From: an uncultured bacterium
Lineage (GTDB): Bacteria > Hydrothermota > E44-bin80
NCBI GenBank assembly: GCA_964392665.1
Contig: CAYMQB010000007.1
Span: 9,996-73,995 of the forward strand
Reading direction: 5' to 3'
Length of the DNA: 64,000 nt
Shown here: positions 9,287 through 18,999 of the stretch, one piece after another
How the letters are laid out: each line of letters begins with the position of its first letter
Position numbering within the stretch: the first letter of the stretch is position 1
Program-made: the position numbers and the translations under genes
The notes under the pieces: generated by a model
The model's input: the letters and a program-made list of their open reading frames with translations, nothing else
Databases searched by the model: none
What the model was told of the DNA's origin: nothing

Positions 9287-10360
9287 ATGAACAAAGGAAG
9301 TCAGGGGAAACTCATTCTCAAAGGCGGTTCTGTCTTTCAAGGTAACCTTTTCGGCTCAAAGAAAACTGTATCAGGCGAGGTTGTGTTTAATACAGGAATG
9401 CTAGGCTATCCTGAAACTCTCACTGACCCATCCTATAGGGGTCAAATACTCGTGTTAACATATCCTCTAATAGGAAACTATGGTGTACCCGGGAACGAAA
9501 TAGAAGATGACTTATTAAAGTATTTCGAATCCGATAGAATACAAATTCAGGGTCTGGTAATATCGGATTATTCTGATGCATATTCCCATTGGAATGCAGA
9601 AAAATCACTGTCCGAATGGATGGTAGAGTATGATGTCCCTGGTATATTTGGTGTGGATACGAGGGAGATAACGAAGATACTAAGAGAAAACGGTAGCCTG
9701 TTGGGTAAAATCGTCTACAAAGAAAAAAATATCCAGTTCCAAGACCCTAATAAGAGGAACCTTATTCAAGAAACGAGTATACTGAAATCCGTCTCTTATA
9801 ACAAAAATGGTACCAAACGTATTGTCCTTGTTGACTGTGGCACAAAAAATAACTTAATCCGTTCCTTTCTTAAAAGAGATATTTCGGTTATAAGGGTACC
9901 CTGGAATTACGATTTCACAAAAGAGAACGTGGATGGTATTCTTATTTCAAATGGTCCTGGAGATCCGAAGATGTGCAAAGAGACTATTGCCAATGTGAGA
10001 AAGGTTCTCAATGGAAACATTCCTATTCTTGGTATCTGTCTTGGTTCTCAGATTCTGGGACTTGCAGCCGGTGCGGATACATACAAGTTGAAGTATGGAC
10101 ATAGGAGCCATAATCAACCATGTGTCGAGGTGGGTACGAAAAGATGTTATATTACACCGCAAAACCACGGGTATGCCATTAATGCCGCTACATTACCGGA
10201 AGATTGGCGCGAATGGTTCTACAATAATAACGACGGAACAAACGAAGGTATCACACATATATCAAAACCCTTTTTTGGAGCACAGTTTCACCCAGAGGCA
10301 TCTCCAGGACCCGACGATACGGAATTCGTCTTCGATATGTTTGTTAGGGCAATAGGTTAG
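9287..10360 (+). CDS. carA: Carbamoyl-phosphate synthase small (glutamine amidotransferase) subunit
   Basis: CarA N-domain (LILKGGSVFQGNLFG...), class-I GATase catalytic triad context GICLGSQIL, HPE near the C-terminus. Confidence 0.9.
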   Translation: MNKGSQGKLILKGGSVFQGNLFGSKKTVSGEVVFNTGMLGYPETLTDPSYRGQILVLTYPLIGNYGVPGNEIEDDLLKYFESDRIQIQGLVISDYSDAYSHWNAEKSLSEWMVEYDVPGIFGVDTREITKILRENGSLLGKIVYKEKNIQFQDPNKRNLIQETSILKSVSYNKNGTKRIVLVDCGTKNNLIRSFLKRDISVIRVPWNYDFTKENVDGILISNGPGDPKMCKETIANVRKVLNGNIPILGICLGSQILGLAAGADTYKLKYGHRSHNQPCVEVGTKRCYITPQNHGYAINAATLPEDWREWFYNNNDGTNEGITHISKPFFGAQFHPEASPGPDDTEFVFDMFVRAIG

Positions 10361-10491
10361 AAGAGAAACAGAGTGTCGGTGTATCGGAGTAACGGTGATG
10401 GACTAAACAGACCAAACAGACTAAATGAACGCTCTCAACGATATTAACGCTACGAACGAACTTAAGGGACTAACTTTATTAACATAATGCA

Positions 10492-13400
10492 ATGCGAATA
10501 AAAAAAGTCTTAATACTCGGTTCGGGAGCTATAAGGATAGGACAGGCTGGTGAATTCGACTATTCAGGCAGCCAGGCAATCAAAGCGCTGAAGGAAGAGG
10601 GAATTAAAACTATTCTCGTAAATCCGAACATAGCAACCGTTCAGACCTCCAGTTATCTTGCAGACACGATATATTTCCTTCCTATCGATCCTCAATTCAT
10701 AGAAAGTGTTATCGAAAAGGAGAAGCCCGATGGTGTATTACTTGCCTTTGGAGGGCAGACTGCATTGAATGTTGGTTTTGAACTGGCAAAAAAATCAGTG
10801 TTTTCCAAACTGAATGTTAAAATTCTCGGAACCCCAATCGAAGCAATCAAAAATACAGAAGATAGAGACCTTTTTGTTAAAAAGCTACACGAAATTCACC
10901 TGAAGGTTCCTGAAAGCAAAGCAGTGACGTGTACAAAAGATGCAGTCTGTGTGGCAAAAAAGATCGGGTATCCCGTAATGTGCAGAATTGCATATGCTCT
11001 TGGTGGATTGGGTTCTGGTGTTGCATACGACAAAGAAGAATTATCAGAGATTGCAGAAAAAGCTTTCTCCTTCGCACATCAAATACTGATTGAAAAATAC
11101 TTCGGAGGATGGAAAGAAGTAGAATACGAGGTTGTAAGGGACCGTTATGATAACTGCATCGTTGTCTGCTCTATGGAAAATGTCGATCCTATGGGTATTC
11201 ACACCGGTGAAAGCATAGTAGTTGCTCCTGTACAAACCTTAAACGCTAGTGAAAATTTCAAATTAAGGTCCTTGTCCATTAAGGTAATAAGACATCTTGG
11301 AATAGTCGGTGAATGCAATATTCAATTCGCACTTGACCCATTATCAGAAGATTACAGAATCATCGAAGTTAATGCCCGGCTAAGTAGGAGTTCAGCTCTT
11401 GCTTCCAAAGCAACGGGTTACCCTCTTGCTTTTATTGCTACGAAACTTGCTCTGGGCTATAGCTTGACCGAGATAGAAAATAGCATAACAAAGGAGACAA
11501 AAGCATGTTTTGAACCTGCTTTAGATTACATAGTCTTGAAATATCCAAGATGGGACCTGCAGAAATTCAGAAAGGTGCAATTCGCAATAGGTTCCGAGAT
11601 GAAATCCGTAGGGGAAGTGATGGCGATCGGGAGAAATTTTGAAGAAGTTTTTCAAAAGGCAATCCGTATGCTAAATATTGGTCTTAAAGGTTTGGCCTGC
11701 AGTAAGATCAGATTTGGTAATTTAAATAAGGAGCTTAAACAGCCAACAGACAAAAGAATGTTTGCCATTGCAGAAGCAATAAAAAGAGGATATTCAATAG
11801 AAAGAATACATCAACTAACCAGGGTTGATAAGTGGTTTCTTTTCAAAATCAATAACATAATTGAATTAGCCGGAAAATTAAAGCAACATAGTCTTAAAAC
11901 CATACCTTTGGATCTGTTAAAGAAAGCAAAACAGAAAGGGTTCTCGGATTTACAAATCGCAGAACTTACGGATAGCGGAGAAGAGGACGTTAGAAGAAGA
12001 AGAAAAAAACTGGGTGTAATACCGTTCAGAAAACAGATAGATACGCTTGCAGCGGAGTATCCTGCAAAAACCAACTATTTATATATGACATATAACTGCA
12101 GTAAGGATGATATAGAAGCAGAGGCGAAAAACCAGGTCGTTGTTTTAGGTAGTGGAGCTTACAGGATTGGTTCTTCTGTAGAATTCGACTGGTGTTGCGT
12201 TAACTCTGCCGTAACATTAAGGGATATGGGATACGGCACGATAATGATAAACTGCAATCCGGAAACAGTTAGCACGGATTACGATATCTGTGACAAACTG
12301 TACTTCGAGGAATTGACCTTGGAAAGGATCCTTGATATCTATGATAAAGAAAAAATCCTGGGCATGATTGTATCAATGGGGGGGCAGATACCAAACAATC
12401 TCGCAATGGACCTACATAATTTCAACGTTCCTGTACTTGGAACTTCTCCGGTCAATATCGATAAAGCCGAGGATAGAAACAAATTTTCTCAACTCCTTGA
12501 TAGGTTAAATATTGATCAACCCTTTTGGAAAGAACTGAAAAGCGTCCAGGAAGCGGAAAAATTCGCAGATACGGTTGGTTATCCCGTTCTTATTCGACCA
12601 AGTTATGTGCTCAGCGGTGCTGCCATGAGTATCGTTCTCAGCAGGGAAGAATTGAAAAGTTATCTGAAGAAAGCTTCCGAAGTTAGCGAGAAATATCCTG
12701 TTGTTATAAGCAAGTTCATAACCGGTGCTAAGGAGATAGAAATCGATGTAGTAGCAAAAAAGGGTGATGTTTATTGCTATGCTATATCTGAACATATAGA
12801 GAACGCAGGTGTCCACTCCGGTGACGCTACAATGGTTTTGCCACCCCAGAGGACATATCTTGAGACAATGAGAAGGATAAAAACTATTGCTAAACAATTG
12901 GCAAAATCATTGGAAATAACAGGTCCCTTTAACATACAGTTCATTGCCAAGGATAACAATGTAAAGGTTATTGAGTGTAATCTGAGGGCATCAAGAAGTT
13001 TACCTTTTGTCTCCAAGGTCTTTAAGATAAACTTTATTGACATTGCTACGAAACTCATTATGGATAGAAATATTCCCAAAATAGAAAAATCATCCTTTGA
13101 CCTCGATTATGTGGGAGTGAAAGCACCGCAGTTTTCATTTAACCGACTGAAAGGTTCGGATCCAGTCCTGGGTGTTGAAATGGCTTCAACCGGAGAAGTT
13201 GCCTGTTTTGGAGATGATTTTAACGAGGCATTCCTAAAAAGCCTTATTTCTGTTGGATTCAGGCTGCCAAAAAAAACAATCCTCCTATCGACAGGTCCCA
13301 TAGACAGTAAAGCGGAATTCCTGCAGAGTACAAGAATATTGAGTAGTATGCACTTCAGGTTTTATGCTACTGAAGGTACTGCTCATTTTATGAGAAAAAA

Positions 13401-13674
13401 TGGTATTAAAGTGAAGATATTACACTGGCCACTCGAGAAAAAAGAACCGAACACACTCACTTATATGACTAAAAGGAAGATAGACCTTGTGATAAATATA
13501 CCGAAAAACATAGAAAAACAAGAACTTGAAAACGATTATATAATAAGAAGAAAAGCGGTGGATACCGGAGTTCCTCTGATTACAAACCTTCAACTTGCAA
13601 AAAGATTCGTAGAAGCGATTTCGAGCATCTCAATTGAAGACTTGAAGGTCAAAAGCTGGGGTGAATATGTTTAG
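10492..13674 (+). CDS. carB: Carbamoyl-phosphate synthase large subunit
   Basis: 1060 aa, duplicated ATP-grasp halves each starting with KVLILGSGAIRIGQAGEFDYSG / VVVLGSGAYRIGSSVEFDW, MGS-like C-terminal domain. Confidence 0.95.
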   Translation: MRIKKVLILGSGAIRIGQAGEFDYSGSQAIKALKEEGIKTILVNPNIATVQTSSYLADTIYFLPIDPQFIESVIEKEKPDGVLLAFGGQTALNVGFELAKKSVFSKLNVKILGTPIEAIKNTEDRDLFVKKLHEIHLKVPESKAVTCTKDAVCVAKKIGYPVMCRIAYALGGLGSGVAYDKEELSEIAEKAFSFAHQILIEKYFGGWKEVEYEVVRDRYDNCIVVCSMENVDPMGIHTGESIVVAPVQTLNASENFKLRSLSIKVIRHLGIVGECNIQFALDPLSEDYRIIEVNARLSRSSALASKATGYPLAFIATKLALGYSLTEIENSITKETKACFEPALDYIVLKYPRWDLQKFRKVQFAIGSEMKSVGEVMAIGRNFEEVFQKAIRMLNIGLKGLACSKIRFGNLNKELKQPTDKRMFAIAEAIKRGYSIERIHQLTRVDKWFLFKINNIIELAGKLKQHSLKTIPLDLLKKAKQKGFSDLQIAELTDSGEEDVRRRRKKLGVIPFRKQIDTLAAEYPAKTNYLYMTYNCSKDDIEAEAKNQVVVLGSGAYRIGSSVEFDWCCVNSAVTLRDMGYGTIMINCNPETVSTDYDICDKLYFEELTLERILDIYDKEKILGMIVSMGGQIPNNLAMDLHNFNVPVLGTSPVNIDKAEDRNKFSQLLDRLNIDQPFWKELKSVQEAEKFADTVGYPVLIRPSYVLSGAAMSIVLSREELKSYLKKASEVSEKYPVVISKFITGAKEIEIDVVAKKGDVYCYAISEHIENAGVHSGDATMVLPPQRTYLETMRRIKTIAKQLAKSLEITGPFNIQFIAKDNNVKVIECNLRASRSLPFVSKVFKINFIDIATKLIMDRNIPKIEKSSFDLDYVGVKAPQFSFNRLKGSDPVLGVEMASTGEVACFGDDFNEAFLKSLISVGFRLPKKTILLSTGPIDSKAEFLQSTRILSSMHFRFYATEGTAHFMRKNGIKVKILHWPLEKKEPNTLTYMTKRKIDLVINIPKNIEKQELENDYIIRRKAVDTGVPLITNLQLAKRFVEAISSISIEDLKVKSWGEYV

Positions 13675-13756
13675 TGCAGAATTGGTTTAATGACAAAACT
13701 CCCTATTGTTGTGAGAACTGGTTCATTTTCAAGGACGACTACACGCTCTTGAAGTC

Positions 13757-13784
13757 CCCTCTCGACGGAGGGAACTTTTCGTCA
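13757..13784 (+). terminator. Weak candidate intrinsic terminator after carB
   Basis: CCCTC-TCGACG-GAGGG hairpin followed by a short T tract (AACTTTTCG). The stem is only 5 bp. Confidence 0.3.
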
Positions 13785-13794
13785 TATAAAAAAG

Positions 13795-13822
13795 TTGACA
13801 AAATTATTTTTTGTGCTATCAT
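13795..13822 (+). promoter_or_regulatory. Sigma70-like promoter of rpe (TTGACA-16nt-TGcTATCAT extended -10)
   Basis: TTGACA 13795-13800; TGCTATCAT extended -10 ending 13822; rpe ATG at 13829, implying a leaderless transcript. Confidence 0.45.
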
Positions 13823-13828
13823 CTTGAA

Positions 13829-14476
13829 ATGATAAAAATAGCACCTTCAATTTTGGCGTGTGATTTTTCTAAATTAGAACAGGAAATACTGGATATTGAA
13901 CATGGGGGGGCAGATCTTATTCACCTGGACATTATGGATGGGCACTTTGTACCGAACATCACCTTTGGTCCAATCATTGTGAGAGCAATCCGAAAATTAA
14001 CCAAACTTCCACTCGATGCACATCTAATGATTTCAGATCCAGAAAAATACGCTCCTGAATTTATAACAAGCGGAGCTGATAAGATTACCTTTCACATAGA
14101 GGTTAAGGAAAATCCCACCGAACTTGCAGGCAAAATAAGAAATCTTGATTGCAATGTCGGCATTTCTCTTAATCCGGAAACACCTGTTAGCAAATTGCGA
14201 AGCTTTCTCTCGCTGTTTGATTCCGTACTTGTAATGAGTGTACATCCAGGATTTGGTGGACAACAATTTAAGCAGGAGAGCTACGGGAAAATTAGTGAAC
14301 TGAAAAAAATAAAAGAAGAGAGAAATTTACACTTTGACATTGAAGTAGATGGTGGTGTGAATCTTGATAATTCAACCCAACTCATACAATCTGGAGTTAA
14401 CACGTTAATTGCCGGAACAACCATATTTCACTCTAAAAATAGAGAAATGACAATTAACTCTTTAAGAAAAGCTTAG
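13829..14476 (+). CDS. rpe: Ribulose-phosphate 3-epimerase
   Basis: MIKIAPSILACDFSKL...DIMDGHFVPNITFGP, canonical Rpe signature; ORF track start 13811 but conserved N-terminus begins at Met 13829. Confidence 0.9.
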   Translation: MIKIAPSILACDFSKLEQEILDIEHGGADLIHLDIMDGHFVPNITFGPIIVRAIRKLTKLPLDAHLMISDPEKYAPEFITSGADKITFHIEVKENPTELAGKIRNLDCNVGISLNPETPVSKLRSFLSLFDSVLVMSVHPGFGGQQFKQESYGKISELKKIKEERNLHFDIEVDGGVNLDNSTQLIQSGVNTLIAGTTIFHSKNREMTINSLRKA

Positions 14477-14498
14477 CAATAGATTTTCAAGAGCAACC

Positions 14499-17213
14499 AT
14501 GTTAAATGAAAAAAACAGTTTTGACATAAGACAAGTAAGTAAGGATGCTCAGACAATAATAGGAAGACTGATTTCAGCATCCAAAAATCTAAAACTCTAT
14601 CCTGCTTCCCATCCTATTGCAAAAAGGATTATCTCTAATTCATTTGCGAAACTCAATGAAACGCTTCGCAAAATGGAATTTCTTACACTGTCCCTTGCCG
14701 GTAATGTTCTTCTGATAAATGAAAAACCCGCCTATGTTACAAATAAACAACTGGTGGACAATTTTCTAACAATACTTGGAACAAGAAAAATTGGCAAAAT
14801 TACATTTATCAAAGGCATAGATATGGATGAATTCAGTGGTCTTGCAGAAATACTTGGATTTGATCCGGATGAAATAGAAAAGATGGGAGGTATGAAAAGA
14901 CTAATTACCGAGAGAAACATACATCACATTTCCGTAAGCGGAATATCCTTTGGAGAACAAGATACAAAAAAAGAAACAGGAATTGAGTGGAGAGACCTTC
15001 TTTCAATAATAAGCGGGTCAGATGATTTTCTTCAAAGGGTTGAGAAAAACCCGATTGAATTCTCAAGAGTAATGGAAAAAACCCTAGGTGAACCTGGCGG
15101 AGCCATAGGTGGGGGAACAGGTGGGGGAACAGGTGGGGGAACAGGTGGGGGAGTTGGGGGAGTTGGAACAACGGGTATAAGTGCAGGAAGCGGTGGTGAA
15201 GGAGGTGGAGGAGTTGGCGGAGGTGGAACAGGAACAGGTGGGGGAGTTGGAACAACGGGGATAGGTGCAGGAAGCGGTGGTGGAGGAGTTGGCGGAGGTG
15301 GAACAGGAACAGGTGGGGGAGTTGGAACGGGGATAGCCGCAGGAAGCGGTGGTGAAGGAGGTGCAGGAATCGGTGTAGGTGGAATAGGGACAGGTGGAGG
15401 AGTTGGAACGGGGATAGGCGCAGGAAGTAGTGGTGAAGGAGGTGGAGGAATCGGTGGAGGTGGAATAGGGACAGGTGGAGGAATTGCAACGGGGATAGTT
15501 GCAGGAAGTGGTGCTGCAAGTTGGGGAGCAAAAGTGAAACAGGCAGTTGGAAACATCGCAGAAAGACTGTTCAATACATACGGGGGCCAAAATCCGGAAA
15601 CTTATGTGAAAACGGTTTCGAAATTAATTCTTGTTCTTACACCAAAGATGCAGAGCGAAATACTTTTCGGCAAACCTGATATTCCCCATTGGGACAAGGT
15701 GGTAGATGATGTTGTCGACAATATTACGCGAGAAGAACTGGGCGATTTGGTCGCGGAAGAAACAAAAAACTCTTCCGAAACAATGGTAATAAGCGGTGAA
15801 GAAAGTGAAGGTAAAAATAAATTGTCCAACATAAACTCTTTTATCGCCGACGTTGTTGATAGAAATAAGAGGAAAAATGAATTAATTCCAGCGATAAGAG
15901 AAAGTCTGCAAAAAAGGAGCATCAAACAATCAATGCTCGAATATATGGTTGGTGGAAAAGCGAAAAAAGAACTTTTTTCAATTATCGAAAATGACCTGAT
16001 GAAAACCGGTATAGACAAAGACGCTCTTCTTACTATAAAGACGCTGGTTCAGAAAAACGCAAGCATCGAAGAATTCTTGAAATCTCTCATCGATATGCTG
16101 AATAACAAAAAAGCAGAAACAAGAAAATCGGTAATCGATTCATTTGTTAACCTTTCTGACAAACTACTCCTTCTTGGAAGAATAGACCTTTTGAAACTAA
16201 TAATTGCTTCCCTATCCAACAGACTCGGTAAAGAACCTGAAAAAGACATATTTGCAGGAATAGTGGATGCCCTTTCGATAATTGCGTTAAAACTAATAAA
16301 GGAAGGGAAAGGTTTAATTGCAGAAACAATAGACAATGTAATAAATAATTATCTAAGGATATTAAATGATGAAGATAAATTAAAGGTTGTCGTATTGGCA
16401 CTTGCTAGAATTGATGACCAGCAATCATTGAAACACTTAATTTACTCTATAAACAGGGATATCGCATATAAAATCATTGTAACGGAGCTTACAAAAAAAG
16501 GGGAAGCCATACTCCCCCATCTGCTGCGCAGTATGAAAACTATCGAAGACAGAATAACAAGGATTCGTTTACTTTCTCTTCTTATCGATTCAGCAAAAGG
16601 TATTCCAAATGTAACCACATTTCTTGATAATTATACTGATGATCAGAAGTGGTATGTAAGAAGAAACATAGCTATCGTTCTCGGCGAAATAGGGAGCGAA
16701 GACGCTTACCAACTTCTATCAAAAATGGTAAAAGATGAAGAGCCAAGGGTCAGACTTGAAGTGATGCAATCTTTGAGCAAGGTTAAATCCGAAGATACCG
16801 AACTGCTTTTAATTGAAGCCTTAAAAGATAACAACAGAGATGTTTTAATAAGGGTTTTGAGTTCCCTAAGAAAAACCGGGACAGAAATGTCAATCTTTGC
16901 ATTAAAAGAACTCCTGGAAAAGCAAATGATTTTCAAAAAGGAAAGGACGGTCGAAGTTCAAGAACGCGTTATAGCAGTCTTACGTTCTATTGGTGGGAGG
17001 GAAGTTGAAGATATATTAAGAAAGATAATATTCACCAAAAGCCTGATTGGAAGATATAAATACGTAGATAAAATCAGGCTGATTGCCATTCAGGCTCTCG
17101 ATAAATTAGACACCAAAAGTGCATCAATAATCATTGCACGTGCCACAAAACTCAAAAACGATATAGTTGGTAGAAAAGCAGAAGAAATTATAAAAAAACA
17201 AACATTAATATGA
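14499..17213 (+). CDS. Hypothetical protein: N-terminal domain + Gly-rich repetitive linker + C-terminal HEAT (PBS-lyase-type) repeats
   Basis: C-terminal third shows repeated HEAT units (VRRNIAIVLGEIGSEDAYQLLSKMVKDEEPRVRLEVMQSLSKV; DNNRDVLIRVLSSLRKTGT). The central 150 aa is Gly-rich tandem repeat. No signal peptide is present. Confidence 0.6.
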   Translation: MLNEKNSFDIRQVSKDAQTIIGRLISASKNLKLYPASHPIAKRIISNSFAKLNETLRKMEFLTLSLAGNVLLINEKPAYVTNKQLVDNFLTILGTRKIGKITFIKGIDMDEFSGLAEILGFDPDEIEKMGGMKRLITERNIHHISVSGISFGEQDTKKETGIEWRDLLSIISGSDDFLQRVEKNPIEFSRVMEKTLGEPGGAIGGGTGGGTGGGTGGGVGGVGTTGISAGSGGEGGGGVGGGGTGTGGGVGTTGIGAGSGGGGVGGGGTGTGGGVGTGIAAGSGGEGGAGIGVGGIGTGGGVGTGIGAGSSGEGGGGIGGGGIGTGGGIATGIVAGSGAASWGAKVKQAVGNIAERLFNTYGGQNPETYVKTVSKLILVLTPKMQSEILFGKPDIPHWDKVVDDVVDNITREELGDLVAEETKNSSETMVISGEESEGKNKLSNINSFIADVVDRNKRKNELIPAIRESLQKRSIKQSMLEYMVGGKAKKELFSIIENDLMKTGIDKDALLTIKTLVQKNASIEEFLKSLIDMLNNKKAETRKSVIDSFVNLSDKLLLLGRIDLLKLIIASLSNRLGKEPEKDIFAGIVDALSIIALKLIKEGKGLIAETIDNVINNYLRILNDEDKLKVVVLALARIDDQQSLKHLIYSINRDIAYKIIVTELTKKGEAILPHLLRSMKTIEDRITRIRLLSLLIDSAKGIPNVTTFLDNYTDDQKWYVRRNIAIVLGEIGSEDAYQLLSKMVKDEEPRVRLEVMQSLSKVKSEDTELLLIEALKDNNRDVLIRVLSSLRKTGTEMSIFALKELLEKQMIFKKERTVEVQERVIAVLRSIGGREVEDILRKIIFTKSLIGRYKYVDKIRLIAIQALDKLDTKSASIIIARATKLKNDIVGRKAEEIIKKQTLI
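15108..15515. repeat. In-frame imperfect tandem repeats (3 x 12 nt, then about 4.3 x 72-84 nt) encoding a Gly-rich linker
   Basis: GGTGGGGGAACA x3, then units GGGATAGGNGCAGGAAGCGGTGGTGAAGGAGGTGGAGGARTYGGYGGAGGTGGAAYAGGRACAGGTGGRGGAGTTGGAAC repeated with indels; antisense Pro-rich ORFs are mirror artefacts. Confidence 0.85.
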
Positions 17214-17245
17214 ACATACTGTGGGAATAACCTTTCTATCAGTCA

Positions 17246-17896
17246 TTATTCTTTTGGTTTGTAACCAATCCTCGTAAAGGGATTTACAACACTTGAGGCA
17301 ACATTTTTAAGATGCGATGCAATTCTCTTAAGGTATCGTAACAATAGTGTTGCATGAATTGCGTCCCTGACTGTTAGCTCATCTTCGGAAAGCTTCTTGA
17401 GAAACGCTTCGCATTTTTGGGCAATCTGTGTGCATTTTTGCATCTCTCTCTTTCCTGTCTCCATATTCACTTCTCTGATAATAACTATTGTTTCATCAAA
17501 AATTGGCTCAAGTTCACTTTTTATACTTCTTATTTCATTAAAGTATTTCCCGGTTAATTTCTTATTTATTTGCGGAGTTAGGTCAATAACATTCTTAGAA
17601 TAATCACCGAGTCTTTCTATGTCAATTACTATAGTTATTAGTACAAGGGAAGCGCTGATATCCATTGCTGGATTTATAGACAGATGTTCAAGGATTTTTC
17701 TTCTTACATCCATTTGAATAGCGTTTAATCCCCTATCCATTTTGTAGATATTGGCTTCCGTTTCTTCATTGTCCAGCAAAATTGCCATCGCAATTTTAAA
17801 CATATCTTTTGCGATAAAAAGCATTTTTTCAACCTCTTTTTCAGCCTTATCGATTAATGTTTCTTTTTTCCAGAATTTCCAAATATCTCCAAACAT
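17246..17896 (-). CDS. PhoU-like domain protein (C-terminal regulatory half of a split Na/Pi cotransporter NptA)
   Basis: Two PhoU-like helical repeats with conserved acidic motifs; positioned 2 nt downstream of the PNaS transporter gene. Confidence 0.7.
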   Translation of the reverse strand: MFGDIWKFWKKETLIDKAEKEVEKMLFIAKDMFKIAMAILLDNEETEANIYKMDRGLNAIQMDVRRKILEHLSINPAMDISASLVLITIVIDIERLGDYSKNVIDLTPQINKKLTGKYFNEIRSIKSELEPIFDETIVIIREVNMETGKREMQKCTQIAQKCEAFLKKLSEDELTVRDAIHATLLLRYLKRIASHLKNVASSVVNPFTRIGYKPKE

Positions 17897-17898
17897 AT

Positions 17899-18999
17899 TT
17901 ACCTCCTGGTAATAAGTATCAAAATAAACGGTATCACAAAGAAAAGAACAAAAACATAAATAATCAAAAGATACCTGTGTTTCTTACTAAATCTACCGAC
18001 AGCTTTTGCTGCTTCTATGGGTATGAACTTGAACGGGTACCATATAATTATTCCGAGAACATTAAATGTTAGATGTGCAAATGCTGTCTGGACACCTACA
18101 ACAGAACATGTCATTAGCGATGCCAGAATTGCAGTTATCGTCGTTCCAATATTTGCCCCAAGCGTATAGGGAAAAATCCTTTCGATATTAAGTATCCCCG
18201 CTCCAACAATGGGAACAATAAGAGAGGTAGTAACAGAACTGGATTGAACAATAGCAGTAAAAATGAGTCCAAAAAGAAAAGCTTTCCATGTTCTTCCAAA
18301 AAGATATCTATCAAGGTTAACTTCCACCCTTCTTGTTGCCAATTTCCTTGCCGATTTTACAATAAAACCTAAAGCGAAAAACAGCATTAGAAGCGATATT
18401 ACGAGAATGATAATGGGATTATGAAAAAGTATTCTTTCAAAGAATAACACAACAGGTCCAACAAACACCTTCAATGGATTAAAAATCCGAACTCCTCCCA
18501 TAGTTTCGAATACATTGGCAAGGAGACCCGAAAACCTCTCAATAAAATGCAATTTGAGCTCGAGAGGAAAAAGGACGATAACGGTTAACACATTAAATAT
18601 ATCATGAACAATAGCTGCCGGGAATGCTCTGGAGAATTCCGTTTTTCTCCTAATGTGTCCAAAAGAGACAATGGTATTAGTAACTGTAGTCCCTATGTTG
18701 GAACCCATAACAATAGGAATGGCAGTAGCAATTGTCATTCCACCACTGCCCACAAGTCCAACGACTATTGATGTAACACAGGAGGAACTCTGGATCAGAG
18801 ACGTTGCAAGAATACCAATAAAAATGCCCGTAAAAGGGTGTTCAGCAACACTTAGAATGCTCATTACGTATTCTGTTCCTATTCCTTTAAGTGCACCACC
18901 CATCAGTTTTATACTAACAAGAAAGAAATATATGGATATGACAAAAATAAAAAGGCTTAGAAATGGACGAAATTCAGAATATGCAATTTCTCTTTTCAT
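17899..18999 (-). CDS. Na+/phosphate cotransporter (PNaS family, NptA-like) transporter domain
   Basis: Duplicated SSS(C/V)TTS and GxNIGTT(V/I)T signature loops of the Na/Pi-cotransporter II family; multi-TM. Confidence 0.85.
   Translation of the reverse strand: MKREIAYSEFRPFLSLFIFVISIYFFLVSIKLMGGALKGIGTEYVMSILSVAEHPFTGIFIGILATSLIQSSSCVTSIVVGLVGSGGMTIATAIPIVMGSNIGTTVTNTIVSFGHIRRKTEFSRAFPAAIVHDIFNVLTVIVLFPLELKLHFIERFSGLLANVFETMGGVRIFNPLKVFVGPVVLFFERILFHNPIIILVISLLMLFFALGFIVKSARKLATRRVEVNLDRYLFGRTWKAFLFGLIFTAIVQSSSVTTSLIVPIVGAGILNIERIFPYTLGANIGTTITAILASLMTCSVVGVQTAFAHLTFNVLGIIIWYPFKFIPIEAAKAVGRFSKKHRYLLIIYVFVLFFVIPFILILITRR

Noticed and set aside
10361-10491. carA-carB 131-nt spacer as a possible pyrimidine attenuator/riboswitch
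   Set aside because: Only short direct repeats (AAACAGAC x2, ACGAAC x2) seen; no convincing terminator/antiterminator pair or known PyrR motif.
15108-15515. Possible CRISPR array
   Set aside because: The repeats are 72-84 nt, imperfect, contiguous with no spacers, in-frame within a CDS and GC/Gly-codon rich. The 29-nt repeat pair at 44487/45320 is only two copies about 830 nt apart. No cas genes are present.
14905-15590. Three overlapping minus-strand ORFs encoding Pro-rich/His-Leu-rich proteins
   Set aside because: Mirror-image artefacts of the Gly-rich tandem repeat inside the plus-strand HEAT-protein gene.
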